Shown here: piece after piece, positions 62,218-64,000 of the stretch
Position numbering within the stretch: position 1 is the first letter of the stretch
Layout of the letters: each line of letters begins with the position of its first letter
DNA from: Trichosphaerium sp. ATCC 40318
Lineage: Eukaryota; Protista; Tubulinea
Reading direction: 5' to 3'
Assembly (NCBI GenBank): GCA_038496445.1
Contig: JALMLS010000011.1
Location: 21,461 to 85,460 of the forward strand
Length of the DNA: 64,000 nucleotides
Translations under genes and position numbers: made by a program
Notes under the pieces: generated by a model
Databases searched by the model: none
Seen by the model: only the letters and a program-made list of their open reading frames with translations
What the model was told of the DNA's origin: nothing

Positions 62218-63554
62218 ATGGGCAATACAGCAAGCACAGGAGAATTTACATGGAGGTCTACAGCAGGCGATATAGCCAAGAAGTACAACCCTGACCTTAC
62301 AGACAAGGTAGCTGTTGTAACAGGTAGTTCTTTAGGTGTCAACCAACCGACTAATCTTTTTAGGCGCAAACGTTGGTATTGGCTATGAAACAGCACGTTG
62401 CTTCGCAGGGCTAGGCGCTAAGACGTATTTGGCGTGCAGAAATGAAGATAGAGCGTCTCAAGCCATAGCTGACCTCAAAGCGAGTGGCATTGACGAAAAA
62501 TTACTACACTTCCTAAAAGTACGAAGATGATCTTTTTTCTGAAAAAAAACCGCCTCCTGAGTTTACTTTTCATATCCTAACCTCTTTTCTCTAAGCTTGA
62601 TCTTGGGTCTCTGGCATCTGTAAAGGAAGCTGTAGCTGAGTTACATACAAAGGAAGACAAACTAGACTTTCTCATCCTCAATGCGGGTACAGCATGACCG
62701 TTTTCTTATTCTGTTTTTTTTATTATTATTTGCGGAAGATCTTTGTTAAAATAACTCCGTTTTTAGGAATCATGGCTTGTCCTTTCGGCAAAACAGTAGA
62801 TGGGTTTGAAAAACAGATTGGTGTTAATCACTTTGGCCATTACGCATTTGCAACACGTCTTTTAGATCTCGTTGAACAAGGTGATAAATCAAGAATTATT
62901 GGTCTTTCTTCACTTGCACATACTTTCGGTACGTTTTGTTTATCACGTGTTACTGTTTTATTTCCTTTGTTTTAATGGCAGTATTTAGGCAACGGAGCAC
63001 CATTACAGTTAGACGATCTACAATGGGAGAAAAGAGATTATGCTACATGGAGCGCTTATGGAGCTAGTAAACTTGCTAATGTCCTTTTCATAAAAGAACT
63101 TCAACGTCAACTCACAGAGAAGAAATCCGAAGTCACGTGCCACAGTGTACATCCTGGTGCAGTGAAAACAAACTTGGGAAGACATCAATCATGGATAGGT
63201 TATCTTTCCCCAGTGCTGGGTGTATTTATGAATTTAAAGACACCTGAACAAGTACATAGCTTTTTTAGCTTGAACTTTTTGTTATTGTCTTTTTCTCACG
63301 TATTTTAAAGGGTGCCGCAACATCAATGTATTGCGCTTTGAATCCAGACCTACAAGACACTCCTGGACTATATTACAGTGACTCTTCAGTACGTGAAAAG
63401 AGAAGAATTAAATTTCTTTTTTTTTCCTATTTTTTTTTTTGGGTCTGATTGTTATTTGCAGGAGACGAAACCAATTGATAAAGCAAATGATGTGGAGTTT
63501 GCAAAGAAATTATGGGAAATCTCAGAATCATTGGTTGCTCAACACCTTGAGTAA
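62218..63554 (+). CDS. Retinol-dehydrogenase/WWOX-like short-chain dehydrogenase, possibly N-myristoylated
   Basis: MGNTAS start; AVVTG|ANVGIGYETA, LDLGSL, LILNAG|IMACP, VNHFGH, YGASK, VHPGAVKTNL. Confidence 0.92.
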
Positions 63555-64000
63555 CAATAATGTTCACTCGGGTAAACCTTTATGTAATAAGCTAAATAAA
63601 GATTGTTTTAAAAGTTGATCTAAATGTATTGCTGAAATGTTAAAGGGCACACGAAAGATGAGAATGGATATGTGGCCTTAGTTGTAGGATTAATAGCGTG
63701 TTATTAAAGGTTGCTACATATTCAGAGAACATATTTTATGTTCATTGCAGAGATATCTGTCATTAATCTCATTAAAAAATGTGATCAGAGAAATATACCG
63801 TTTGCTGTTGTACTATTCCAGTATGTTGTTTGAGTGTCGCATGAATACTATTAAATCAAAAGGGTGCTAATACCTCTTGCAGTAGTAAACGACATGAGGA
63901 TCATTACCAGGCTTAGCTCCAATAATAGTTGAAGTGACACATATACATACATGTGTTTTATCATTAATATCAAACTCCCTTTTATTTGATTAACTTCCAA

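Overview
This is AT-rich, gene-dense eukaryotic DNA with many short GT-AG spliceosomal introns (donors gtacgt/gtatgt, ctaac branch points). It is most likely from a free-living protist; the taxon cannot be fixed from sequence alone. The ORF track mostly shows exon fragments, so I reassembled genes by hand and boundaries are approximate. Intron-rich housekeeping genes: GH3 glycosidase, class C GPCR, Elongin-B-like protein, RFC small subunit, vWA protein, SGT/SGTA, RAD5-like helicase, carnitine acyltransferase and an RDH-like SDR. Interleaved is a fast-evolving, conflict-like set: a Crinkler-type NTPase+nuclease-fold gene; three mosaic copies of a 277-aa basic protein with a CheD/CNF1-like Cys-His deamidase motif; a decayed piggyBac transposase; an intronless, tail-less pseudo-Ran; a switch-II-degenerate Rho; an IFI44-like GTPase; a globin with a polybasic CaaX tail; a head-to-head pair of unknown paralogs; and several intronless F-box genes (MORN x2, LRR, and an F-box + histone-H3-like fold + ankyrin fusion). 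The best candidates for something undescribed are the triplicated deamidase-like locus (28.7-35.0 kb) and the F-box/H3-fold/ankyrin protein (56.4-58.1 kb). All family calls are by-eye motif recognition; no searches were run. No tRNA, rRNA or CRISPR array was recognised.
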